DNA of 62,869 nucleotides, counting the filler, from Lenisia limosa (Eukaryota; Protista; Breviatea), in the NCBI GenBank assembly GCA_001655205.1. It is 11 parts of 11 records of this genome, joined end to end, with 100 filler letters (N's around TTAATTAATTAA, not from the genome) between each part and the next. Parts side by side here need not be neighbours in the genome. Positions count along the whole stretch, not along the records: positions 10,003 to 21,924 come from LPNZ01004797.1; positions 22,025 to 23,956 come from LPNZ01002253.1; positions 24,057 to 27,210 come from LPNZ01000022.1; 8 more parts are not named here. One strand, written 5' to 3'. This document shows, piece after piece, positions 13,001-27,000 of the stretch. The notes under the pieces are model-generated. The model was not told the DNA's origin. It was given only the letters and a program-made list of their open reading frames with translations, and ran no database searches. The translations under genes were made by a program, and so were the position numbers. How positions within the stretch are numbered: position 1 is the stretch's first letter; every line of letters starts with the position of its first letter.

Positions 13001-13569
13001 ATCACATGGAGAGAAGTGTGTCACCGCTACAAAAGTCTAATTCCAATCTCAGCTTACAGGTGTGTTTGGGTTATTTCGGGTGCTTCTTTATAGTGTAGCT
13101 GAGCAATAGTTTGGCTCTTTTTCGTTATTCATATCATTACAATCTCATCTTTGTAGTCTGTGTGATCCTCCCCCTTACTGTGCTTTTCCTTCAAGGTTTA
13201 TTTATTTCTATGATTGTAAAAATGTGGGTAATATTGGGATTATATTTTAGTTTATACTTAAATAAAGAAAATACAGTATTACGTTACATGGGGAAAATCA
13301 GAGATGGAAGGAAAATGACCCCCGTCAACGCTTTCTTTTCTGGCCGACTGCTTTGTTTGAAGGCTTCCTGTACAGTAAACACGAAAAAGGTAAAAAGAAT
13401 GGACATACTGTGTAAGGTCGAACTTCGGTCTCAGATCCAGGAGTGCCGTAGACTCATTTTGGATATTATAGTCCGCAACGGTGTGGGAGTTGTCAAGTTC
13501 TTGGCCCGCAAACAATATTCGTTGCTTTGCTATCGGGATGCCTTCCTAATTAATGTGACCACTCAATGA
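10027..13569 (+). CDS. Hypothetical multi-exon protein: P/Q/S-rich N-terminus, coiled-coil C-terminus
   Basis: Low-complexity ORFs 10027-10377, 10809-11182 and 11627-11880. Heptad-like exons LSQDLEECHEALRVSESTKIDALNKLSELQ, FIDLEDARKEVLQLQQSITE, WAEEVASLEEDLLQ, VELRSQIQECRRLILDII with GT/AG borders. No family recognised. Confidence 0.45.
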
Positions 13570-14327
13570 CATCTTTCTCTTCAGAGACCTTATATCATTG
13601 GCAAAATATGATAAAATCTGAGAATGGTAAAAGAGAGTTACTGTGACAGACCTGGCTTTGGATTTGGGCTTTCACTGATTCAATTGATTCAGTTCTAAAA
13701 TGTTATTGACATCAGAGAGATGATGAAAGGACTAAATATGCTTGAAGTTGATAGTTTTGTAAACGTCAAATTCAGAAAAAAAAATTGGATTTCAATTTAA
13801 GGTTGCAAAATTTGTGCTGCACTCCCTACCTCTCAACTCTGACACAAATAGTTTCTCCATGATATGTTTTGAAAAAGATCTAGAAGATAAATCTAAGACG
13901 CGGATTCAATGAAGAGCCCCCCCCCCTCTAAAAAAAAAAAAAACCAAGTGCATGAGGCAAATGCCCTCAAACAATCATGAATCAGCGAATCAGCTGAATG
14001 CATAAAGGCCACACAACTTAATCGTTGTTCTTCCGAAAGCTGGGTTCCTGAAAATTACAATTGGTGGTGTAAACTGAGGAGGGGCGGGGGTAGCGTGTGT
14101 GCAAATCCAGTGCAAATAATCAGAATTTGTCTATTATTAGTCTGGTGCAATGGTATGGTGGCAAGTATGGTGGTATTGTTGGCAATTTATGTGTTGCGAA
14201 GTTGGCAACCTATAGTGATCATCGATCCAGGTAATTTGGAGTAGCGTTGTTTTTCCAGTTTTCCCACAGGTTTTCCACTATTCTTTAAATATTGATTTTT
14301 TTGTATTGTTGAAATACATAAGACAGC

Positions 14328-15912
14328 ATGCCAGGCCTTAGACGTAGGCTATCTGTTCAAGACAGCGATGAAGATGACGTTTTTGAGGTACTGCTATCAC
14401 GTTAAACTTGTTTATTTACTTAATAAAGACAACTGAGGCAGGAATTGCACCAAAAGACGAAGTAGAAAGTCCATGGTGGGGAAGAATGAAGCTTGGAGGT
14501 GTTATCTTCATCGTCTTCTTCATTTTCTGGCTTCGCTATCAAGGAGTAGGCTGGTTTAGGGACACTATTGCCTTTTTTTCTATCTACCCTTTACATTAAC
14601 TTCAGATATTACTGACTTTCTTTCTGTCAGCTCTAGTCTTTAATATTTGAACTGAATACTTTTCATTATTGAATCCGTCCCAAACACTGCAACGTCTTCT
14701 TCATTGGGGAGTGACAAACAGACTTGCTTATTTTTTTTGATTATTTTTTTTTTTTTTTTTTTTTTNNNNNNNNNNNNNNNNNNNNNNNNNNNNNNNNNNN
14801 NNNNNNNNNNNNNNNNNNAAGGGAACTTGAAGCGTGATGTTTAATTGAGCCTTTGACGCACCCGTATTATTTGCTTTATTACACCATGTAGGCGTCTTGG
14901 GACCCTGACGAAGAACAAATCCAGCAATACTACGACATTCTCGGAGTCGACCAGGACGGTATGCATGAGTTATGGCATTGGGAAGTGCCGCCCAATATTC
15001 GGAGTTGTATTATCACTTGCTGATGGGCTTTCTTTTCATATACACACAGTGATCGTGATAAGTCTTGACCGATTCCTCGGGAAATCACACAGCAAATCAG
15101 TCAATACTTATCCCGGTCATTATCATATCTGATGTAATATATCATATATATTACTAGATATGCATATAATATGATATACTATATTATTTATTATTCTGAC
15201 ATACCAGTTTCTGAAGCGGATCTTAAACGAGCCCTTAAGAAGCAAACTAAAATCTGGTGAGGGGTCGGCAATGTGAGATACAGTGTAGGGGGCGTGGGGA
15301 TATCAAACTGTATTTGCTGAGATATTTTCTCTGATGTTTTTTTTTGCTCAAATATTGTGGCATAACTCTTTTTCGAAAGTGGGCCTTTATGGTCTTTCCC
15401 TCCTAAAAGATTGTCTAATACTCCATTACCTCTCTTTTTTTTACTTCATAAGAACGAACCCTCTCATGTGGTAAATGAATTAATATCAAATTAATTATCA
15501 TTTTCTCACTCCCAGGCATCCCGATCACAATGACTCCCCTGAGGCTGAAGAGATGTTTATCAAGATTCGTGACGCTTTTGACAGTAAGGATAGACTTAGT
15601 TCCATTTTCTCTTTGCCATAAAAATGTTACAGTGGCAGAAAGTTGCATTGATTTACCCTTTAGTTTTGACTGGCAAGGTGAATAAAATCCAAGACCAGCG
15701 GTTCAGCAAGAAACACATGACTAGACACGATTATAACAAGTGAGCAGATGCCATGATTCTCAACACCCATCTCTCTCTCTTATTAAGCAGTTTTGTTCCT
15801 TTATTCACCACCTAGGTATATGAAAGAGCAAAAGGAGAAGAGGAAGAAGGGAGATGAGTTTAAGTTCTCAGACTTCGATGAGCAGGAGGAAATACGGCGA
15901 CAAAACGCCTGA
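14328..15912 (+). CDS. DnaJ (Hsp40) J-domain protein with N-terminal transmembrane segment
   Basis: MPGLRRRLSVQDSDEDDVFE|AGIAP...GVIFIVFFIFWLRYQG|...YYDILGVDQD|VSEADLKRALKKQTKIW|HPDHNDSPEAEEMFIKIRDAFD ... IRRQNA*. HPD motif intact; exon phases consistent. Confidence 0.88.
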
Positions 15913-16122
15913 TACGTTTGTAGACCTATTGCATATTCGAGCCTGATTTAATTTTTAATATTTCCAATTCATGGTGACTTGGTTGTGAAAGTTTTCAATT
16001 TCAGTATCTCAGAAGATAAAACTTGGAATTTCTATAAGGTTTTTTTTGGCGGTCTGGAAGGAAGAGAGCAAAATCAGTACAATAATATCAAAAATAAAAA
16101 ATATTGCGATTAATCAGGTGAA

Positions 16123-17695
16123 TTACTGGGCAGGGTAACCAGCTGGGGGAGGCTGAATAGGTCAGTAACGTCACGATAGAGAAAGAATATCAAGACGCGC
16201 AAACATTTTGGTTGTAAGCTGGAGCACTGTTATATCCTTGTGGAGGGGCATTGTAGCCCTGTTGGGGTGGGACGGCATTGTATCCTGGCTAAACAGCGTG
16301 TGAGATGGCCTTAAACGGATGAATCATACCTGAGGTACACCCTGAGGTGGGACTCCTTGTTGGGGCTGAGGGGGAGCGTTATATTGCTAAAGAGGTTATT
16401 CCGATAGTCGATTGCAGAATCTGTACAAGAATGGTGATATCTCTGTCACACATAATGCACTTGCTCTAAGGGAAAGCCAAACTATCATACAGCAAAATAA
16501 TCATAATATATATAGCATATCTTTGTACTCACCTGAGGTGGAGTTCCATAAGGTTGTGTGGGGTACTGTTGAGAAGGCGAGTTTTGGTAAGGTGGTGGTG
16601 GGCCCTAATACCAAATGAAGAGGGTATTTGTGATCAGGACGGAGAGAACATGAAAAGGATGAAGAACACTAGCAGACCATCCCACCTGTGGGTAGTAACC
16701 TTGTTGCTGTGGAGGATATCCCTAAAGTAAAATCAGTTCTGTCATATAACTCAAGATTAGAAGACTACTATTTGATTAATTGAGTGAAAGAAGGATAAAA
16801 GGTGATGTGATGTCTTTGTCATGTTTTTTTTTTAAAAAAATTTCCCATATGATATGGCTTAAAAAATGCGTCTTAAAAGCAAACTTTTTGAGGGGGTCCC
16901 TGTGGATAACCTTGTTGGGGTGGCAGCGGCTGAAACAATCAGGGTGGGATGGGGGAGTGGTGCCATCATTAAAAAAGTAAATGAGAATATGCAGTACCTG
17001 TCCTTGAGGGGGACTGCCAATATATGGCTGCTGATTATGCCCTGGATGCACCCACGGTCTGGTATTGTCGTCAAATAAGAGGGAATTTGAAATTGACAAG
17101 TTCATAATGGGAGCTAATTAAAGCAGAATCTTTCAACGGCATTCTTCCTTATGTTATACAATCAACTCACTTTGCGTATTTGCGGTTGAACTGTCCGTTA
17201 CAGTGCGGGCACCTGGGAGGGCGTTAATGTGAAAAACACAGTTTGGAGTTAATACATCATTTAATGAAATGATACTAACACCAAAAAAATTCAACAGTCC
17301 CTTATAATGGTTCTTTCCTATATATGAGTAAGCTTAGAATGTCGGTAACCAAAGAGTTTATAAGGTTGAAAGGCTGCAGTAAACTAGTTGGAAACACTGT
17401 TGGAACCAACAGACTTGGTTTGAAGCTTCATGTCCCAGAGTGAATTCTTGTCTTGAACTGGTTGTCCGCACTGAGTAGGTGATTGAAAGATACTTATATC
17501 CACATCATAGTTCGATTAAACGTGAACCTTGACAAAAATAATTGAATGGGTTGTGAAAAAAGATTCAGGAAACTCTGAAAAGGAATTTTGATAAAACATT
17601 TATATTATAAATATGTGAATTCAAAGTAAGATTGACCGAGAGGAGAAACCTCTTACCTGGGGACAGGAAACATATCTTGCATATCCACCTCCCAT
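16123..17695 (-). CDS. Small protein: N-terminal CxxC...CxxC zinc ribbon followed by P/Q/G/Y-rich low-complexity tail
   Basis: MGGGYARYVSCPQ|CGQPVQDKNSLWDMKLQTK|CPHCNGQFNRKYAK|PWVHPGHNQQPYIGSPPQGQ ... PGYNAVPPQQGYNAPPQGYNSAPAYNQN ... PPPAGYPAQ*. Canonical splice sites at the first exons. Confidence 0.7.
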
Positions 17696-17932
17696 TTTCG
17701 AAAGCATAAAAAAAGTTATAAAGTTATAATTAAGATATTGCAATTTGTTAGAGTGCTTCGGCGAAATTGTTTTTTTGTTTTATAGTTACTACGCCGGCGT
17801 ACAAGAACCAAAAACACTAAAAATCCAAAAAATCCGGTATTTTATGCGAATAACGAGAAAAATATCTACGTGTAGTTGTATAAATAGTAAAGATTTTAAA
17901 ACTTTCATCCTAGTTTTTTCATATGGTTTGAC

Positions 17933-20900
17933 ATGGCTGACGATAAAGGTGCGCCTTCAGCGCCATTAAACCCAAATGATCAAACTGATTTCGTTTCCCG
18001 GGTGTACTCAACAGGTTTGTCAGGTTTTCTCTTTTTCTAATTCCTCCTTTACCCTCTTCGGTCTTTTTCTCACGAAATCATAGACAAATATTCGTGGTTA
18101 GGGCCGCCAGTGCCCTCAAACCCACTAACCAAGCCCGTGGACGATGATAACGTCCCAGTCTTTATTGGTGCCCATGGTATGTTGTGATCGGTATTCAAGG
18201 GCAATCATTCTGCTGTTAAATTTATGTTGTTATTTTTTTTGGAAGCATTACACTTGTAGACAGAGTGTTGTCTTTATTATTCCTCTTTTTTTTAATATAT
18301 ATATCAATATACATATGATACACTAATATAAAAAATAGTTTTGTTGTTGATTTTTCTTGATGAGTCCGCAAACTAACCTGCCAGGGGAACTGTTCGGTCT
18401 GGCTTACAATGAAATTCAGCCACGTGAGGCTGCGAAGGCTCTTAAATGTTGGCTTTGGATGCGATTATTAGCGTGCTACCGATATCTTAAGCTTATTGTA
18501 ACACTCCATAACACTAATGGATTCAGCAACCCCCCTGTTCCAGACTTTTGACGACACCACCGGACCACAGGTCGACGATTATATCCCCCTTCCTGGTGGG
18601 ATTGAGTGTCTAAGTATTACTCTGGGCTTCTGGCTGTCCTTTTGCTGAATGGAGGCTTTCTTTTGGTTTATGCTCACATCTTTTCCATAATCTTCCAGGT
18701 TCTTTGGTCGTGAATAGATTCCCAGAATTTGCTGATTTTGAGTCATTCCACGATTATGAGGTGTGTTGTTTCCCTATGGTTTTTACACCTTTACCTCTGT
18801 GTTTTATGGAATACACCTTTTCACCATCGAACTTGGTTTGAGTATTCACCCCCAGGTTGCGGTTTTAGATTGGCGGGAGCGAATGGAGAAGCAAGTTGGA
18901 TTCCTCCGACCACCACACACACTTGGACGTTCCCACCACAGACCCGCCATCGAGAACGGGGTTTGCTTTATCATGTTTCATGGTACAAGTGGCTGTTGCC
19001 ACCATTCATTTTCTCTTTAGCTTCATTCTTGAATTTCCTTTGTTGTTTACTTCCAAGGAAACGAAGCTTCCCACCCGAGCAAGCAGCGATGCAAGGTAAA
19101 AGGCACATGAGTCTTCTTTACTCCCCCACTTTCCATCAGCAGATACATCTTGGAAGCCGCGGAGGATAACCAGTGTAGCACTAGCAGCAACCCAGCCGCA
19201 CCAGCATTCAGCAAATCAGATGTGGAGGCTCTCACTGAAAAGGAGCACACAAAGGAAGAAGATGATCGTGGGGGGGGGGGGGANNNNNNNNNNNNNNNNN
19301 NNNNNNNNNNNNNNNNNNNNNNNNNNNNNNNNNNNNNNNNNNNNNNNNNNNNNNNNNNNNNNCACTCATTGTGTAGTTGGTCAAGGCATCGTGTGTCCTT
19401 ACTACTGGGACTCCATCCTGATGCCAGATGAGCCCGAACCTGAGTTCTACGCAACTTTCGAGGGTGAGACTTGTTATTAGGGCTTCCCTACGATCCCAAA
19501 AAAGAATGAATTTTTCGATAAATCCTTGATAAATATCGATATTTTACCGCTTTCTTGGACCATGGGGAAGCCGTACTTGGTATACAAGGGGTTTCAAGCC
19601 TTTTGTTCCCTTCTGGTTCAGCCTGACCCCTCAGATTATGAGGTGGCAATGTTGAGATGGTCACGTCTTGTTGCAGACTCTGAGTTTCTCCCACCCCACC
19701 CCTACCAATTCCAGGTTTGGTAGCGATATTTGCAACCCGGTGTTGTTTCACATTTTGTATGACCCCTAGCAAATAGTATTTTTATAGTGATTGGTTGTGT
19801 GTTATGTTGTTTTCAACCCTGTGCTTTTCTCAGTAGAGTTGATTCGTGGTTATTTTATTTATTTATTTTGTTTCAAAAAGTTTCCAATTTACCCCCCCCC
19901 CCCCNNNNNNNNNNNNNNNNNNNNNNNNNNNNNNNNNNNNNNNNNNNNNNNNNNNNNNNNNNNNNNNNNNNNNNNNNNNNNNNNNNNNNNNNNNNNNNNN
20001 NNNNNNNNNNNNNNNNNNNNNNNNNNNNNNNNNNNNNNNNNNNNNNNNNNNNNNNNNNNNNNNNNNNNNNNNNNNNNNNNNNNNNNNNNNNNNNNNNNNN
20101 NNNNNNNNNNNNTTCATCGAAATTTCCTTCGTTTCACTCCCCCCTCCCCCCTTTACTCTGGAGTGATGGGATGAGGTGCTGCAGAAGCGACTGGTTTGTG
20201 TTTTGATCTCCCCTCGTATTTGGGCTTTTTTTAAAATTGTCCAATTTTATTCTCCCCGCCCCCCTGTTACTGCACCAGAGCATGCTGGGCCTGCGAACCG
20301 TCCAGCCCGATGAAATCGGTACCATTGAAGATGACGTCATCGTAGAGAACGTAGGGGGGGGGGGCAGCATTCATCGAAGAGTGTTTTTTTTGATAGTTCA
20401 GCTTTTTGTACAAGCAAGCTAATGATTTCATTTTTGACAATATTTGACCATGTAGACGCCTGTTTTCCAGGAGGAGGCTCCGACGACTCAGAAGAAGACC
20501 ACCACCGTCACCCCCGGAATTGTGGACCTCCATAGCGCTGCTATATGGGATGACGGCCTCAATGAGGTGTGAAAACACAAAATCTGGTAACTCTTTGCTG
20601 GGAGCAGGTTTTAAATAGGAAAGCTGTCTTGGATAGCAGATTAATATCGAAGAAGAGGCTTCGGATATCCAAGACAACTTGCTTATTTGAAACCCTTTAA
20701 ATGTGACGGCTTTGATCAAGATCGCTCGATCAGGCACTGCAGTTGTTTCTCTTAACCTTGATTCAAGAGTAATTCTCCAGGTTCTTCCTGAGACTACTTA
20801 CGACTCCATCGAGTCCCGCGTCCAGGTGAGCAATGCTTCTTTTCATAACCTCTTTCTCACTGTTCTGGCACACTGCTCTGAGACGACTCTTTCTCACTGA

Positions 20901-21870
20901 TCTGCAGATGTACCCCCCACGCAGCGGCCACCCTTGGTACAGCACCGGAACTGTCACCGATTACAATGACCTTTCTGCAGTGAGGGGGGGGGGGCTTGGA
21001 GATAATAGAGTCTGACGTGCCTGGGTAGGTATGACTTTTCACAAAACTATGAGGTAACTTTTTGTTTATCAGTTTTGAATGTCTCTCCCTCCACCCCATA
21101 AAGTCAGTCGTTTACCACCCCAGGACACACAAGAGAATCTGTCACTCTTCATCGAGGGACTGGTGGATGTGGCAGACCAGCATTCCGGCATGGGCCAGGT
21201 CGACCCTGTGTGGCCCCTTTTGCCAAAGTGCGTCCAGGTCATACATAAATGCAACTATTCAAGGCCATTTTTAAATGCAACTTTTCAAGGCTATTTTAGA
21301 CTGTCCCCATGCAAATGACAAGGTTGTTGCCTGATTCTTTAGGATCCATGGCTGCTTTGCTCCTCCCAGTAGCAGCCCCCTCACGAGAATATACACGCAG
21401 ATGGCTGAGCGAGTGGGGGAGGAGGTCTAATCTCGTATATTTATGTGTGATTTTTCGAAAAAGACTTTTTTTGCTGCAGTTTGTGGGAGTCCTTCTGACC
21501 GTGTCAGGCTATTCGTCGCAAGGGGCTCACACAGCATCAAAGGGAAGAAAGCCAGATTGATGGTGATAAAATCCGANNNNNNNNNNNNNNNNNNNNNNNN
21601 NNNNNNNNNNNNNNNNNNNNNNNNNNNNNNNNNNNNNNNNNNNNNNNNNNNNNNNNNNNNNNNNNNNNNNNNNNNNNNNNNNNNNNNNNNNNNNNNNNNN
21701 NNNNNNNNNNNNNNNATCAGGCTGTACGGTACACCATGATTCCCATTGGACCGGACCGAAGGCAAGGTAACAGTCTTCTCGTTTTCCTGCTTATATTCCA
21801 GGCTTGCACCTGAAGAGAATGGGAGTGGACTCGTCCTATGTCCAACAGCTTAAAATGGAGGATAGGGTAT
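17933..21870 (+). CDS. Hypothetical large multi-exon protein, 3' incomplete
   Basis: MADDKGAPSAPLNPNDQTDFVSRVYST|GPPVPSNPL..., TFDDTTGPQVDDYIPLP, WTFPPQTRHRERGLLYHVSW, GIVCPYYWDSILMPDEPEPEFYATFE, PDPSDYEVAMLRWSRLV, GIVDLHSAAIWDDGLNE, VILQVLPETTYDSIESRVQ. Most exons phase-compatible; family not recognised. Confidence 0.6.
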
Positions 21871-22556
21871 GCCTTAATCTCACATATCCGTATTGGTTAT
21901 GTATACCCCCAATTAATATTATAGNNNNNNNNNNNNNNNNNNNNNNNNNNNNNNNNNNNNNNNNNNNNTTAATTAATTAANNNNNNNNNNNNNNNNNNNN
22001 NNNNNNNNNNNNNNNNNNNNNNNNTGAAACCTAACAGAGCCCCAAATCCATGAATTGTGCTGATTTTGACAAATCACCATAATTTGTATCTCAAATTCCT
22101 CACTCTGATATTTTATTCTGTCCGCAGCCTGCTTTTAAACGAGACACAGTATTCTAATATGATTTAGGTATATTTTCGTGATGGTGGGAGACTGTTGAAA
22201 AGTCAGATATGAGGAGTTGATATGAATCATATTCTATTATTGTCCTGTAGGTAGTAAAGAAACATGTAACTCCCTCATTTAAATTTTGCTTACCGATAAG
22301 AACGGAGTACGCTGTGCACATTCCAAGACAGAAGCAAAAGACAACAATTTCATTGATTACTCCAGCCTTCTTGCCGAAGCAGTGCACTGCTACTTCTTTG
22401 AAGGAATACAGACCTGGGGAAATTAGCTGAAATTATTAACGTAAAATGGTATTCGTAACCATAGCCAACACCCAATTTGCGCTTCCAAAGTGTACAGAAT
22501 GTGTCGTTACGCCTTAGATGATTTACGAAATGTTAGACTATGTTTGAATCGTTACT

Positions 22557-23339
22557 AGCCCCTATGCGGATGGAAAACATGATTATTGACACTATCAACA
22601 ACGGAATAGACTGTCTTGAGTTCAAACTCCATTTCAAAAGTGATCAACAAACCACCCACCCATACAAAAACTATCAACCCAGCGTACCCACCCTATCAAC
22701 CCAGCGTACCGCACTGATCAGCAGTTTTGATGAGGAAGACCATTGCGATGCTGGAGAAGATGCAGACACCCAGAACCGCCGCCACTCCACTCGCAACTCC
22801 CGTGCACATGAATGCTGGACCATTAATACACAACACACCTCAGCACACAGTTGGGTGATAAAAAAGGGGATCTCCATTTCTAGTTGATATGATGAAAAAA
22901 AGAGCTGTATCCTGTCCCCTCCCCAAGTATATCGAAAAGGTCTGGAACAATCGAGAAGAAGAGATTGTCCGCCAAGTAAGAAAGTCAATCACACGTCCTT
23001 CATCTATCTGGCTTGCAATATGATCGTAGCATGTGGAAAACAAATATAAATCCGTAAACCGAGGGACAGTCCCTTTGGGGTGCTTCATCCAAAACACACA
23101 CACAACACATGTCAGAGAGCCAGCATACCATAAGGAAGCGTCAATACACCCGCTCCAACTACAATGGTAACACAACAAAAGTAATGTTAAATCTTATATT
23201 GAATTTTCAGCTCACTGATAGAGTTAGCAATGTTGAAGACTGCACTGAAGAACGATGTGTTGTTCAAAGATGTGTCCTTGAGGCCAAGGAGTGGGTCATT
23301 GATGAGCGGCGTTTGCGGCCCTTGATCGTTGATACTTGA
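22557..23339 (+). CDS. C-terminal exons of a hypothetical protein
   Basis: ORF 22540-22887, DMMKKELYPVPSPKYIEKVWNNREEEIVRQ|gtaaga, ttttcag|LTDRVSNVEDCTEERC...RPLIVDT*. Confidence 0.35.
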
Positions 23340-24056
23340 CATGATTAACTGGCAAGAAAGGCGTCAAGATGCCTTTTTAGAGAATATGTTTCACAAGTTT
23401 CGAAGATCCTTCTGTTCAAATTTCAATAACCTGTTCAAATTGATGATAATTTACAATAAACCTAACAAATACACTTGTGTTAAAGGGTCATTTTTAGACA
23501 GAAATTTTCATATTTATGAACAATTCCATGCCGGGTTTTGCTCTTCACCAATTTTTTTTGTCCTATCCTTTCCGTCATAATAACACTACATTAGTATGTA
23601 GAACCACCATATGGTAATTGTTAGCGAAATTACGCAGTTGTCTTAATTGGGACTTTTGTCCCTTCTTGACTATCCACAATGCTCTTCGGTAGTAACAGTA
23701 TAAAGTTCCCCACTAACCCTTTCGGTACCCTCCCACAAGGACCGAGTAACATCGATGTTGTTTATATTACCAAACAAATCATTGTGGGTACCTTTTTTTT
23801 TTATTATTGCCATTCGTGTCTTTTTTTATTTTGTTCGCTTTTCATGATCGTAGCATGCTTTTTAAAAGATTACGAACATCAAAATAGGCGTAAAATAATG
23901 CTTTCAACAAGGAGCCTAATCACCATCTTAATACACCTTGGGAGGTGAATTGTAGANNNNNNNNNNNNNNNNNNNNNNNNNNNNNNNNNNNNNNNNNNNN
24001 TTAATTAATTAANNNNNNNNNNNNNNNNNNNNNNNNNNNNNNNNNNNNNNNNNNNN

Positions 24057-27000
24057 CCGACTTCAAGGAGTATGCGTCCCCTCAAATTCCCTTGAATGTT
24101 ACTCTTTCCCCACCAAAAAAGCGAAAAGCCCCTGCGAAAGAAGTGACAGTGGATGAAGAACCCCCCACTGTATATTTTGACGACAATGAGGATGATGGAA
24201 AGCAACAGTGTCCCTGTTGCCAAAAGTGGTATATTAAGTCGCACAACTGCCAGGTTTCTCGCCTGACCGGTGTTGGCCGCACTGTCTACCACTTGTCTGG
24301 TCTTGATCTTTACCTGGTTCGGCGGACATCGAACGGTATCGCGGACTTCGTTGTCTTGCGTAAGATTGGAGACGAGTACCACAAGTCAACAAGGGAGAAA
24401 GACCGCAGTGTGCCGGGTGAGACTGACCACCACGTGCAAGCTGCCCAGGCCGAGGAGGCAAACACCCTTTTGCCAATTGCTGCTTCTGGGTTTCAAAATA
24501 CCCTTTTTGAACGTGACCCTGCCCAAGCGCAATCTCTCCTGGAAGACATCCAGTCTGGTCATATCAAGCTGTTTAAGTTCCCTGCAAACGACCAAAACTC
24601 AACAACAGTTTTTGCTCTCCTTGCCCCAGCTCAATCACCTCAGTTCCCCCATTACCAACCTCACGGAATCATTCGCCTGATAGCGCAGAAAAACCGTTAT
24701 GGGTCCCTGGTTGTAACCTGCGCTTGTGGCTGGAGGTGTTGCCAGCACCGTACGTGTCTCTACGCTCTAGGACATGGTCACTTCCCCGTCGCCCACTCAA
24801 CAAAGTCGCAGTATGACGGTTTTTTGGAGTTTAGAGTTCGCCGCGAGTTCCATCAGCTTCCCTTGGTGCCGTTGCCCCCAACACTCATAAACAAGACGAA
24901 TAACCATCTCCTTCCAGTTTTTGCCTGCTGCCCAGTATGTGACGGCGGTCTCAAACACAGTCCTGCTCAGGTTACCCAGTTCCCATCCGCGAACGGGATC
25001 ATGAGCATCCAAGGGACTCTCAGCGTTGACATCGCCGTCTGCATTGACTGTAGACTCCCTCTCTACTGGCATGACCCCTCCTCTGGGTTTCTGTTAAACC
25101 ACAATGCGCTAGCTCCCACTGAGCTCCTCGATCAACTGATGCGAAAGGTGTTCAACCAAAGAATGCCATTCACCGCCGTCATTGAATTGTTTATGGGGGA
25201 CCTGAGAGCGCTGCACTCAAAAGCTAAGGGTGTCGTACCATTCCCAACAACCACGATAGACTCAAAAAAGCTGCTTGGATTGCTAAGACTCTACATTTCC
25301 CTAGTCAAGCTTCCCTCTGGTCTTCAGACAGTTTGCGCAAAGCATGGTAGAACCCCTCCGCTTGGCATCTCGGACGGCCTCTGGAAGCTCCGGACTGTTA
25401 TCCCTGCCCTGCCTCCTGCCCCATCCTCACTCTCACCGCGTGTTGCCTCGGTCGCTCAATCTAGCAACAACCCTTTCCCAGACACCTCAATCCGAGCACA
25501 GCTTGACCTTGGAAACACTGAGTCTAACATGTTCCAGTCCACTGATGTTTCCCAGTTACTGTCTGGATTCGGTATGGCCCAGCCTGGACTCCTCTCGGAT
25601 GAAGTTCCACCAGCACCATCATACGGCTTGTCATCCCAATGGATATCTGACTCGCTGTCTTCTGGTGTTGCTGTGTGCACCGAGGCTCATAAGTCCAGTA
25701 ACACGGAACTCAGTGTTGAGGATCTTTCGAAGCTCATCAAAAGAGCTGATATGGGAGACGAGGCTCTAGACATCCACCCAAGTATCCTTCCCGAAGCTCT
25801 CAAGGACCCGCGTCGGAAAAAGGCAATCACCTTGGCGCTTGATATGCCCATTACTTCCTCAAAGGCTGACATCAGATCCCGACTCAGCCTCCTTGACGGA
25901 AAGGACGTGTCACCTTCTGAGGTCAAGACATGTGGGTACTATATGGCATACTGCCCTTGTGGAGTCCCCCTTTGTGCCAAGTCGATGCTACGATCGGAAG
26001 GTGTTGGTGATGCGATTGATATGCAACTGTCCTTCAAGTCCCCTTTCTCTGTTTTAGTTACTGACCAGTCTGACCAAGTGATGTGCCACGGAAAACGGCG
26101 TAATGCTATTTTCTATGAAGACACTCCGGCTTTCCACTTGGATGGACATGCAGTCGAGGAGAGCGTCATCCTTGCTGCACGTGATGCCGGAAAAGCGGTC
26201 TCTGTTCTGGAACATGGGTTTGACATCTCCAGCTACCCAGCCAACCCCTTTCTGACAGGCCACCCGGTGACAGGGAAAACGGACACATTGGTCATTTCCG
26301 ACTATAAGCACCATACCACCCACATCACCAATGCCAAGAAGAAGGCCAAGGCAGCAGATTCCGACAATGCCGAAGAAGTCAGGCATCTAGCACTCAGGGA
26401 TCCGTCTTCATACGAAGGTATTGGCGGGCATCACAACCTTGCAAGAGGAGAATCAGGCCATCGGATCTTTGAGGACCACCACATTCCGAGATTCGAGTAC
26501 TGGGCTGGCTCTTTCATGGTCAACACCATAGCCATCGTAAAAGCTTGTGAACTCCGGGATGACGTTGGGCTGAAAGCGCAGAAGGCTGTTGATGATAATA
26601 ACCGTCGAAATCCTTTTGCTCTTCAAAAGGTTACAACCGATGCATTTGGGCGAATCATCATCAGTCCACGCGAATCTTCAGTTCCAGCCGACCGGTTCCT
26701 CCCTATTTGGAAGCAGTCCCCCTCGATGAACGCCTGCCAGTGCTGCAATGATCCTCTGACAAAGACCCCCAATGTCCTCATTTGCGGACATTTAATATGT
26801 CATGATTGCTACCAGCTTGGACGGCCTTGCACCCTCTGCATTGACCCAACCCTGCTGCTGATCAATTTTCGATCTTGCTCAGGCTCTTGTCAGCTCAATT
26901 GGGTTCACAATGGCTTGTCGGGTGTCATCACACCAACGGATGGCCTCATCTTCACCCAAGGTAACACAGACTATACGCTTGTCTATCTTAGTGAAGATCA

